Source of the DNA: Oculina patagonica
Lineage: Eukaryota
Length of the DNA stretch: 64,000 nucleotides
Assembly (NCBI RefSeq): GCF_052425735.1
Contig: NC_135766.1
Location: forward strand, 27,962,001-28,026,000
Direction of reading: 5' to 3'
Shown: piece after piece, positions 12,101-24,100 of the stretch
How the letters are laid out: each line of letters begins with the position of its first letter
How positions within the stretch are numbered: the first letter of the stretch is position 1
Notes under the pieces: generated by a model
What the model was told of the DNA's origin: nothing
The model's input: the letters and a program-made list of their open reading frames with translations, nothing else
Databases searched by the model: none
Position numbers and translations under genes: made by a program

Positions 12101-15100
12101 GCAGTGTTTGCATCAGATTTGAGCTCCACTGATTCAGGGCCCCTAGAAGGTGCCGAGCTTTTGATATCTTTTTCGACACTGACGGCGTTTGCTTCGTTAT
12201 TGTTAACATTAACCTCTTCAACTTTGTTGTTAACAATCTGAAATTTCGACATGTTTGGTTGTTGTGGACTATTTGAAGAAAAAATCTCAACGACAAATGC
12301 ATCAGAGTTTGATTGCTGTGAGTTCGATTTCTTGGATATCTGGCGTTTTGGTTTTGGAGGCGACTTCTTTTTCCGTGAAGTAGAAGGTTTTTCAAGCGTT
12401 TTGTCCGGAATATCTGTGGAAACATTCTTTTCGTTTTCTTTGCATTCGATCTCTTTAGCATGATCTGTTTTTAGCCCAGCACTGTTCAATGACAATTTTT
12501 CCAGAGCCTCGATTACAGGTATACCACGTGATAACTCGCGTTCCACCGAGCCGCTCACGTGGTCTAGCGTAAACGTTCTGCGGTTTTCATCCTGGTCGAC
12601 CATTGAAGACTGCGTCATGTTTGCAGCATGAATTGTGTTCTCCTTCACTTGTGAACCCACAATTTTTGCTAAATCCAGCTCTTCGTTAGAACTATCAAGA
12701 ATGAACGTATTGCTTCGGTGGCGCGAAGACTCAAAACTATGCGAAGAGATATCATAATCAGACAGCGACGACAGAAAACCGGAATCGACAGACCGTGGTC
12801 TAACGTCCCGGGAAGACGAAACCGGTTCAACAGGCTTTTCAGAAGCAAAGCTGTCCAGGAAGTCATTTAAAGACGTACCAGATTGAAAGGCCTGCTGCAC
12901 AGCAAAGGCGACGTCATCTAGCGAATAAGCTTTCCGTATGGGAGGGGGGTAAGGTGACCCATGGGGTGAGGGGTTGGGCGATTGCTCTCGTGATGGTTTA
13001 AGATGGCGGATAGGTGTTTCCGAATGACGTTTTCGTTTCCGGTTATCTTTGTCTAAAGACACTGTCTGAATGTCTCCACCCAATGCAGTTCTTGAGAACT
13101 CTGCGAGTTCATTAGTGAGTTGATCCAGTGCTTGAATAACAGGTATTCCCGCCTTTTTGGCGTCTTCAAGTGTTCTGGGCATGTCCTCTAGTGAATGAGT
13201 GTACCTCTTAGATGACTGTTTCTCGCTACCTTCGTTGATGAGTTCTGAATCGGATTTGGAGTTGAGACGCTTTAGATTACTCCTCCGCGTGCTACCAGTT
13301 TTTTCAACAGATGTTACAGTTTTTAGCGCATCTACAATTGGAATTCCTGCTGCTTTTGCATCGTCAATAGACTCTGAAACACTGTCTAAAGAGTAAGTAC
13401 GACGCTCGGTTTGACCACCATCGGTACAAGATTTGAAATCAGGATGAATTTCGTAAGATCTTCGCACAGATTCGTCTGTCGTCGGATTGTTCCGAGTATT
13501 CTCCGGAAGCGAAGCAGTCTCCTGTTGATCTTTTGAAATCTCCTTAGCATTTGCCTGCAACAATAGCTCGCACGCTGAAGTCAAGAAATCTAACTTTTGT
13601 ACAACACCTAAGCCCCTAGCCTTGTTTTCATTGCTGTTTGTTTTTGATGCAGTTATATCTTTTGTTTTCATGTGTAAACTCAGCGGTGACATCATCTGCC
13701 TCTGACTCCCATCGTACAAACGCAGCTTTGTTCCTTCTCCAATCGTCTCCAACGGACTCGCCAGAGCATAAGTCTTTCTGTTGACCAGTTTCTCTTGTCT
13801 TCGGTGAACAGCATCTGGTGTCTGTCTGTAAGAAACATCTTTAGACCCTGTAATTTGTCCTAACGCATCGACAACAGGAAGGCCTTTCTGTTTCGCTTTT
13901 TCTAACGTATGACTCACTTCATCTAGTGTGTATGTTCCTCGGTTTTCTGGACTTCTTTCAGGGATTTTAAGTCTAAGTGGACTCGCTGGTTTTCCTTTTG
14001 ATAGAGACTCTAGGGCTTCAACAACAGGTATTCCAGTTTTCTCAGCGTGCTCTAGGGACTTTGACACTTGATCCAGGGTGTACGTGCCTCGTTTCTGTGC
14101 ACTCTCTCCAGTCCTTCCAGCTGGCTCGTTAGCTCTTGTTATGTTCTTCAAAGCTTCCACTACAGGAATACCCTGTTGTGATGCAGTCTGAAGCGAAAGA
14201 GAAACTTCATCTAGCGTGTAAGTTCCTCTTTTTTGATCAGACAGTTGAGTCTTTTCAACGCCGTCCTTGGGAAGAGCCTTCGTTTGAGATAAACCCTCTA
14301 ACGTTTCAATCACGGGAACGCCGTCTTTGACACCGTCTTCAACAGAGTTCGCGACGTCGTCAAGATTATACGTTCCACGCTTCTCTAGCACCTCAGGAGA
14401 CGTTTGTTTCCGACCGGATGACGGTTGTTCCCGATCAGAAGACGATTGTTCCCGATCAGAAGACGATTGTTCCCGATCAGGAGACGATCGTTCGCGATCA
14501 GGAGACGACCGCTTCCGATTAGTTAACCGTCGTTCGTGATCAGAAGCCGATGGGAACGATACAAAAGTCAGGCAATCCTCAAGTTGCTCCAAAGCATCTT
14601 CAAAGGAAGCCTCGATCTCGTCCCGATGGTCGGGCGACAGTGGCCTGGGATCAAGGTGGGTTTTGAGTCCTTGCGCAACCTCGCCAGCGGAAGAATCGTC
14701 ATATCCATGCGCTGGGGACTGCCGCAAAGGTGTTTCTTCCTGAGCTAAGTGATTTAATGTCACGGATACTGGAATCCCTTTCTCCACTGCTTCTTCTATA
14801 GCGTGCGAAACCGTATCTAACGAGTACGTCCCCCTATTCGGGGATGGTTTTGAGTAGGCAATGTCCTCTGAAGGTGTATTAACTGGCAGATTGGATTCAT
14901 GTTTGGATGCTAGCTGATCTAGCACATCTACAGCTGGTAAGCCCTTGCTTTGAGCATCTTCTAAAGACTGCGACACTGTGTCCAGGGTGAAAGTACCACG
15001 CTTTGGAACCGAGTCAATTTGCGTTAGAGAGTCTTCGACACCAGACAAATTTGATGATTTCAATTCTTCACGTTTGGCGAGCTGACATAAAACCTCAGTA

Positions 15101-18100
15101 ACTGGCAAACCTTCCTCAGCTCCACTTTGCAAAGACGACGAAACTGCGTCCAAAGTGTAAGTCGATCGCTTCTCTGAAGATTCGTGTTTCATTTCCAATG
15201 ATAAATCTTCTTTTGTTAAAGTATCAGCAGCGACAGTTTTATTTTGAAGAGAATTTTCTTCCTTACTCTTGGCCGTTTCTTGTAAACCGTCAGCAATTAA
15301 TCCCTCTTGTCTAATCGCGTTATCTATTTCTTGAGACACGCTCTCTAAAGTGAACGTACTCCGCTTCTGCGAGTTTTCACTTGGCACCAATGAAGTATCA
15401 TCATCCGACTGCAGTTTGCTTTGTTTAAATTCCTCCTTATTCGCAAGGTCGTTCAGTACATTGGCCACAAACAATCCTTCGCTATTAGCAGTCTCTATAG
15501 ACTGGGATACAGAATCTAAGGTGAAAGTACTACGTTTTGGGACGTGGTCGCTCGACGGTAAAACTGTCCCTTGATTAGATTCTTCTTTACTAGCAAGTTC
15601 GTTTAATACCTTAACGATTGGTAAGCCTTCGTTGGACACTGTCTCTAGAGTAAACGTATTTCGTTTTAGCAGATGCGGTACTTTAAAATCGCTTTTATCT
15701 TTACAATCCTCCTGCGTTGATTTAACATCGTCCGAAGCAGTTTCAACAAGTAATTCTCCGTTTGCTGCTCTCTCCGTGAATCGTTTGTCCGAAACAAAAG
15801 AATTCTCATACTGTTTCTGCGCTGTTTTTACATTAGTTGATGTATCTGCGAAATTGTCGTCCTTTGCAAAGACGTCGCTTCCGGGGTTTGAATCATCTTT
15901 CGGCGAGGAAGCCAGAAAACCTCTCTCACTAACTTTCGACGTTGAAGTAGGTTGTGCACCTTGGGTCTGACAGGGCTTGGCTTTTTGTTGGCGTCTAAGG
16001 TTTGAACGCGTTTTAAAGGCCTTAAACGGCGACTGCAGTAGAACTGGTTCATCTTTAGCGCGTTTCGAACGTGGTTCATCATCAAAGCTCAGCTCAAACG
16101 CTATAGATCTGTCCTGCACGGCCCCGATCTCACTGCTACTTACAAGCTGCGATTGAGAAACAACTACCTCGTCCTTTCCTTCCAGATTGCTAGGTTTAAA
16201 TCTTGACAAAACACGAGGCGGAGGTCGATTTTTAGCTGTATTTTGAAATCCAACGTCGAATGCGACAGCATTTTTCGCGGAGATTTGGGACAGCCCTGTA
16301 TTTTTGCTTGATTTTGAAGCATCCGCGAATAAATCTGCTTTTACACCTCCGCGCGTTTTGTCCTCAGACGGTTGCGTGACGGAAGTTTTCTTGGACTGTT
16401 CCCTGCCTGGTGTCACGTTTAACCGTGTCACGCCAGCTGCCGCGGACAGCGCCGCTATTCTGTCACGGATACTTCCGCCAGCACGCGTATCTGTGTCAGT
16501 CTCGGATGTGGTCCAACTTGATAACATGTTACCTTCTTTTTGAAATATCTCTTTAGATGATTTAGATTCATTATCCAAAAGACTGCTCGTATCAGTAGCA
16601 TTTATCTGCGACTCTGAGCCATTAAACAGTACGTGTCCATTTGTGTGCGAAGAGGGACCACCACGCGAATGTGCTCTTAGCCATAAGTCTTCAGGTGCCT
16701 TCACCCCATTTTCTTGCCCCTTCCATGGGGCTGCTTCGTCATCATGACGCAGTTTTGGGCGGAAAACCGCTGTTGCTATGAAATGCGGTTTTTCATTAAC
16801 AGACAATTCGTCAACAAAAGGCTGTGTCCTAGTTTCTCCCTGCATGCAACCTGCAAAATTAAATAAAAATTAAATTTATTATCTCACAGTAAGAAAAGCT
16901 GGAATGAAAATAGCAGACAAGCAAAAATGTTAATAGAAAAAAAAAATGTCAGCTTAAGCTTTGCTAAAAGGCAACAGGTCGCTGCGTATAAAAGGCGAGA
17001 GCTGGTCACTTTCGTAGGGTTTACACGTAAGAACTGATATACAGAAAATTTCAATGTTAAAAAAGAATAATGTGTTCGCTAATCGAAGCTACCACAGTTT
17101 TAGAAGCTGTAACAACCAGCATAAGAGATGAGAAATTGAAAAATATGAAGCTTTTGCTTATTCACACTTTCATCTGCAACTCACATGTATGATTCATTTC
17201 ATAAATACATTACCATGTTAAAACTATATTGTTTTAAGGTAGTTTATGCTAGCGAGTAACCATGGACAACCAAAATAATCACTCGTGATATTCGCAACTT
17301 TAAAGAAGTTTATTTTTATCAGACAGAGCAGACGCTAGATCAAAAGGTTATGGAAATTTTGAAGAATAAAACTTTTCATTTGCGCTTAATTATGGAAATA
17401 TAATGGCAACTATTTCTGCCATTAAATTAGACTGCAAAAAAGTCTGTTTATGTCCACAAAATTGACACGATCGAACATGAAAAGGCAGAGCTTGCAGACA
17501 ATAAACAGAATCTACTGTCAAATATTCGTGACACTGAAAAACAATATACTGTAAAAAAGATATTGAGAAAGCATCTGTCAATGCCATTTATTATTTTAAT
17601 ATTTACACAAAACGCGCCGAACGACCCCTGAAGAGACAAAAATGCCCAAAATGTAAACAAGATGTAAGATTAGTTTTTAACAGAAAATACATACATCAAA
17701 ACTACCTATGTAAACAGTGAGTAAAAGGAAAATTTAAACAACAACAAAATGTCTATTCCCTGGTTACAATGTGAGTGACTGTGTCAAGTCTATACGATAA
17801 CAATTTTAAATGTATTAATAATTATAAATATTCAATATCAGCTCAACAGAAAATATTAATTTTTTCCCAAGAACGATTTCGCAAGAATTTACGTGACATA
17901 TCGAAGATGAAACTATTACAAGCAATTAAGCAAAGATCTGTTTTAAAAACAAGAGCCTTATTAGAACAGAACACTTTTATAAAGGTCGCAATTTTCTGCT
18001 CACGAAATATGGAATAAAAAACCCGCTGATATAATGCACTGTAATGCATTCAAGATAACAATTATTTCAGATCTGCCTAAGCCCATGCTAAGCGTCGAAG

Positions 18101-21100
18101 TCATAATGTGAAACTGAAGGTTTAGAACACAAAGCTACACAATAATATATAGATCTGTTAATCTACCTTGAATTCTGTTCCACAAAGCATCAGATTCCCA
18201 CGATTTGATACACTCAACACTAAAGGCACCAGAAATATAAACACGCTAGTTTCCGGTGGCGTTCTGGTGGAATAATTTGGCGATCTACGAAGCGTGTTCG
18301 CTCAGTTTTTCGTAGAATTTCTCAGAGGAATTCTGTCAAGAGTTAAAGCACGAAGATTGAAGAGATAACACCAATCAAGTGCGGTGAAAACCATGCCAGG
18401 TTATTTGCCTACCATAACATCACGTCCTGCTGTCGGTCGATCGCACGGTGCTTCGAATACAACAGCCGTTTCAAATGTAGTCCTCAATATAAACCGCGGA
18501 AGGCTATTTCTGAAATATGACGATGAACTCAGACAGTGGCTCACTCGTTCCTAGGGAATGACATCACCACTGCTGAATGCACAAGCGACATTTCCCACAC
18601 TAACGGCGAAGCGACAGCGAAGAGTACATTATAAAAACACACGTAGTCTATCCAAGGACTGTTCGCAAATTTGGCGTTTTCCTTGCTTGTTTTCGTTTCG
18701 GTTCTTACACTGTAAGCCACTCTTAACACACCTAAGGGATCACTGAAGTCACGGCCCGGTAAAAACAACACAAGATCCGATTAAAACACTCAAAAATTAT
18801 ATACTGTGCCACGACATCCAAGTTAATGTATTCAGTTCTTACATGCAAATTATAGAACTCGCCGCGCGAAGGCGAAGTATCAACAATTATATTATCATGC
18901 ATATATTATTTATCAATATAGTTAAAAGACTGTCGATAGACTCACCTTATTTTTCGGCGGTTTAAGATATTTCTTTGTATCCAGAGGAGATACGGCTTCA
19001 AAAGCGTCTTTACCGTAAAGATATCGACACCAATGTAATGCTTTTAACCCCAGTCAGTCAAGCGTATCTGATGAACGTCATCGAGTACACGCGAAAACAC
19101 GGTCACACAACTTACAAATGTAACGCGCGGATAACAAAACTGAAATCAAACGTATGTTTCGATTAAAAACACTTCCAGCTCTCTATCAGACGAGAAACTT
19201 TTCTGCAACTCACGGACGAACGAATGACAAAGTCATAAATGGCTGTAATCCAGTAAAAGAATCGATTGTTGTGAAATGGAAATTATGTTCAGGATTTCTT
19301 GCCAAGGAAAATTAATTTCTTAGCCACACCTCGGAATAACTTCATAAGTCGGAAGCGACACGGATTATGCAAAATCACAGCCGGATTTCCACACCTTAAA
19401 TTGCGTCTAATTTTAACCAAACTGAAAGGTTATTTATTTCGCTGTTATTCCCCAGCGCCTGGCGGCATGCAAGGTATTTGTTTTGGACGTAAATCCGTTT
19501 CCATAAGACTAATTTTTTTTGCCATAGGATGGGTAGAAGCCCGGGGTAGGAGGGAGATTTCTAACGTCATTTTCTGTTTATCCCACAAGCTTCACTATGA
19601 TCAAAGCTTAAGACTTAACGGGGCTTTGTCGCGGATTTTAAACCAAATATATATATCTGTGTCGCAGGAAACCAAAAAAATTAATGGTATACTTTTATTA
19701 ACAATTGCCATATTTGAGCACTGAAACTGTTGACAAACGTCTTTGGCGGCGGATGGCAAGGATGGAATTGGATTACAACTTGAAAAAATTAATTAAGGCT
19801 AAACTTTTCAAGTTGTTTCTGCGCTTCTTTAAAAAAAAATCGATATTTATAGGCGTAGTTTTATTTCTCCCCACAAATTAAGGTTATATCTTTCTTCAGA
19901 TGTTCAAAAATTACGTTTTTCACGAGTTCAGGTGCCTACCACTTATTTCAGAACAGTTTAGACCACTAATTCCCCGTGATGTAGCTTCTTCAAAGCGGTG
20001 CAGACAGGGCATAAAAGGTTTTTAGTTTCTTAGCGAGGTTTGGAAGTTCCTATAAACAGAATAACATGCCAAGGATTGTTATGCGTGTGAAAAAGAACCA
20101 GAGTTTTTCATCCTTGGAGACCATCAAGAAGATGATGGGTTGGAAAAAAGTTCAAAAGATGGGAAAACTTGCCAACAAAAAGTGTGATTTTATATTATTG
20201 TAACTTCCACTCACTCTAATGATCTACCTCTGGGTTTCAAGGATGTAGTCTCAATAGTTTTTATTTTTACAGTACACTGTTGGCTCATTTATCACTATAA
20301 TCATTTCATTGCCTGCGTCACAGAAAGTATAAACCGCGGACTATATCGAGAATTTTGTGACATGTCCGGCTACAACACAGGCTATAGCTATGCTAAAAGA
20401 GCCTTTCTTCTAAATTCCACCTTCACGATCAGACAGCCAGAAATGCGGTATCTTACGGCAAACCACACCGAAATATATGTACGTCACTTGTGAATAATAT
20501 TTCCTTTGATAAGATGAAATGTTCAAAATGTCACGTGCTTGGGACAAAGAAAGAATCCTGAAGTCCCCGACGGGAATTAAACCCATGCCCTCCCAGATAC
20601 CGGTTGGGCGCTCTTACCAACTGAGCTACGAGAGACTCGTGGTGAGCTGGGCCATTTACTAGGTTGATTTGGGACATGCCTCCTGAATACCTTTGTACGA
20701 TGTTTCTCCACTGTCCAGTACCAGCCAACATAATGTGCAACAACACTCCGCACCGTCCCCTCCCTGCTATTCTTACCTTTGTCATTCAACATCACTTGCC
20801 CTCCTACACCACTCTTAGCTGCTGTCAGCCAACTGATCCTCGCCCCGGGGCTCCCGCGGCCTGTCTGTCTGGGGCTGCCACGCCTCCTGGGACTGCCTGT
20901 TTCATGACTCTCCTGGGTGGCCTGCTGCTAAAAGAAACAAAATTAATCAATCAATAAAAATTTATTTATCCGAGGCTGACTAGGCCCCTAGCAATCATAT
21001 GCTAATATACCGAGAAAATAAATAAAAATGTGTATATACAGAACGAAAAATTAATTAATCGAAAATTATTAAATTCAATTCAATTCATAAAAAGAAACTA

Positions 21101-24100
21101 TCTAGCTGCGCACAGCATTGCGAAAGGCCTGTAGTGTTGTAATTGTTCTTATTCCGTCTGGCAGTTGACTCCAGGCGTTCGCCGCCCAGAATCTTACGGA
21201 CTTCAGTCCATACTTGGTCGTATTGACCTTAGGTAAGACAATCTTATTAATGCCTCTAGTTTTTGATATCTCAAGTTCAAGATTCGCTTAGAATTTTAAA
21301 TGAATCACAGCAATCGTACAAGACAACTCAGTGGTCGTGTGAGGAATTAACATACATCTGTCAATCATCTGTAGTATTCATCAATGCTGTAATGCATTTC
21401 ACCCTACCATTTTGCCCCCATCCACCCTTGTTGCGTATTTTTTTAGTCTTCTCTAATTCCTTACTGCTATACAGTCAACTCTCTCTTAACGGACACCTCT
21501 ATAAGACGGACATCTCCATAAGACGGACACCTGGTGTTGGTCCCGTCCCTGCCGTTTTTCAGTCATTTTACTGTTACTAAACTCCCTCTAAGATGGACAG
21601 TTGGAGCCGGTCCCGAAGGTGTCCGCTTTAGAGAGATTTAACTGTATTTGGATAAAAGATAATATTTCGCCTTACCGATCTATCCACACTGGCATTGAGG
21701 TGTCTGCTCAGTCTCGCCCCAGCCTCCGACTCATCTGTCCAGCTTATCCTGTGTGGATTATCGTTTCCAGCTCCCTCTGGGCTAACCCGGATCTGTGTGT
21801 GGACAGTCTGCTGTCCAGCAAGAGTGCTGGCACGGTTTGTTGAGGAACTCTCATCGTCATGTCTAGGAGAACTACTACCCGTGGCCATATCATTGTCTTC
21901 GATAATTTGTCCGTCAGGTTTCTTCCGAAAAGTTCGAGATCTAGTGATATTGGACGAACCAGATGCGCGAATCTGCTCCTCTTCTCCCCCTCTGGGGGTA
22001 GTGTGGATCTCACTCTCCCCTCCCTGGCTGGGAAAAGATCTCGTAGCCACGACCGTTGATGGTTCTAGTTGGGGAGGGTGGTACGTTTCTTCTCGAGCAT
22101 AATGCTGGCTACTGTCGTGTTTCTTGGCAGATTTGGCGAATGTAGCGTACTGATCAGTTTCGTTCTCTCTCTGAACATGAGCCGAAGCCGTCTTGTACTG
22201 CGCTAAAAGACCATCTGATGTTGCTGCTACTGGTTCTTTTCTGAAAGTTGAAAACCCGTCCGACTGTCGCAGATCCAAGCTTTTAACAACGGACTCGGCT
22301 TTTGCGGTCCCATTACACTTTTCTGGCGCTGTGTCTTTCCTAAAAGTTGTAAATCCGTCAGACTCTCGAAGATCTTTAACATTTGCGCCTGCAGCGGGAT
22401 TTTCTTCTTGTTGAGGATGTGTTTCGTCAAGAGGAACAAACTCCTTAACATCATTTGCCTGCTGTTGGCTGGGAGGTCTGTGCTCCTGTGAACCACCATA
22501 AGAATTTTTACCGAATGTAGCGAAGTGTTCGTCTTGTTGTGAGCCTTGGAATCTTTGGTGACCCTGTAGCACACTGCTTTCCTCAGTTGGTCGACCCTGC
22601 TTGCCTTTCTTGTACGTTCTAAAGTCTTGTGCCACAGGATCATTTTCAAAATGTTGAACAACATCTTGATTAAAGTCGAACACGTAAGCTTCTGATTTCT
22701 TGGATCTGGTGACAGTTGTAGAATTTCTTTGCGCGTTTTCATTCGTCTGAGAGTTAAAATCCTCATTTGCAGTGTCTTCCTTAGCTCCGTGCGAGTTTGA
22801 CAAGGAGCGCTCAAATATAACCACATCACCCGGGCTGTCCTGCGCAGTCATATCACGTGATCGGAAAGCAGCTTCTTGTCGGGCATCGTCCCGTTTCCCG
22901 CGGGTTAAAGCGGGTGAATGTGCGGGTGAGCTCTCGAGTGAGTCCCGTCTCCCGTCCACACCCTCAGTTGGATAAACCTCATTTGATTCACCGCCACCAG
23001 AGGACAAGACAAGCGGTCTGAACCCAGACAGATCACGACTTGAATTTGTTTCTTTCTGACTAAGTTTCCTACTGTGAAAAACATCGCCAGGTTCCGAATA
23101 CACCGATTGACTGCTCGCTGAGTCCACCCTTGGACGAATTTCTTCCGAGCTAGCGTTGATCACAGGAATACCAGCCGCTTGAGCAGACTCCACAGACGCC
23201 TGACCTACAGTATAGCTACCACGCGCAAGCTGCTCAAATGACTTACTCTTGGACGGAAAGTCACGAGCCTTGTTAGGTTGCAATGTTTGAAATCTTGGTG
23301 TCGCGCTATATTCTGGATCGCTCGGGAATTCGTCGTCTTCCTCAGCGACTAAAGTCCTCTCAGTATCTTCTCTTTCCTTAAGACTCGTTCTCTGTTTCTT
23401 TCTATCAAGCGTGTTTGCAGGCGAAGTTGTGAAAAACGCGGGCATGAACGGAGCAACATCAAGAGGTGAACACGGGCTGCTAGGCGCAGTGGAATCAGGG
23501 GATGGAACCGAGTTAGGATTGGACACCACCGAAGGGCAAGGCTCTGTTCCTTCAGTTATAGGAGACAGCTGATCTGTGGGAACTTCCGGCTCAGATACCT
23601 CAAGGCGCGTGCGCTGTTCCGGAGGATTTCTAGGGCTGCTGACCGCATTATTGCGGGCGAGCAAGATAGGATCATCATCGTCCTCCATCTCCACTTCATC
23701 CGGGATCTCTCGTAGCTTGTCTTCTGTGAGCCTCTGTAGAACTTCCAGTCTGAACTTGTTCATGTCCTCGCTACTGACGCTCGTGTTAAGGTCGTCTTCT
23801 TCATCTTGCGAGGGTGCATTGGGAAGTTTATTCGGTTTTATGAACCTTCGAGGAGTTTCAACGCTCTTTCCAGCCAGGATCATGGCTTCAATCTCCTCAA
23901 ACTGGTTCAGCTCCTTAGTGGAGATATCACTTGTACAACTGTCCCGGACACCTGATGATTTAGAAAACGCGGCACACATTTAATAAACCGAGACTTNNNN
24001 NNNNNNNNNNNNNNNNNNNNNNNNNNNNNNNNNNNNNNNNNNNNNNNNNNNNNNNNNNNNNNNNNNNNNNNNNNNNNNNNNNNNNNNNNNNNNNNNNNNN

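Larger units (their letters stand above)
7611..23996. repeat. Copy A of a ~16.4-kb duplicated segment (probable uncollapsed haplotype)
   Basis: Colinear with 24497-~40880; ends exactly at the gap. Confidence 0.9.

Noticed and set aside
11890-16845. Giant ORFs as stand-alone genes or transposon ORFs
   Set aside because: No transposase or RT motifs; same strand as CAMSAP, with phase-compatible splice sites and a motif shared with exon 9.
20560-20640. Functional tRNA genes (also 6575-6650 and 37485-37565)
   Set aside because: Degenerate cloverleaves embedded in dispersed repeat sequence; better explained as SINE-derived.
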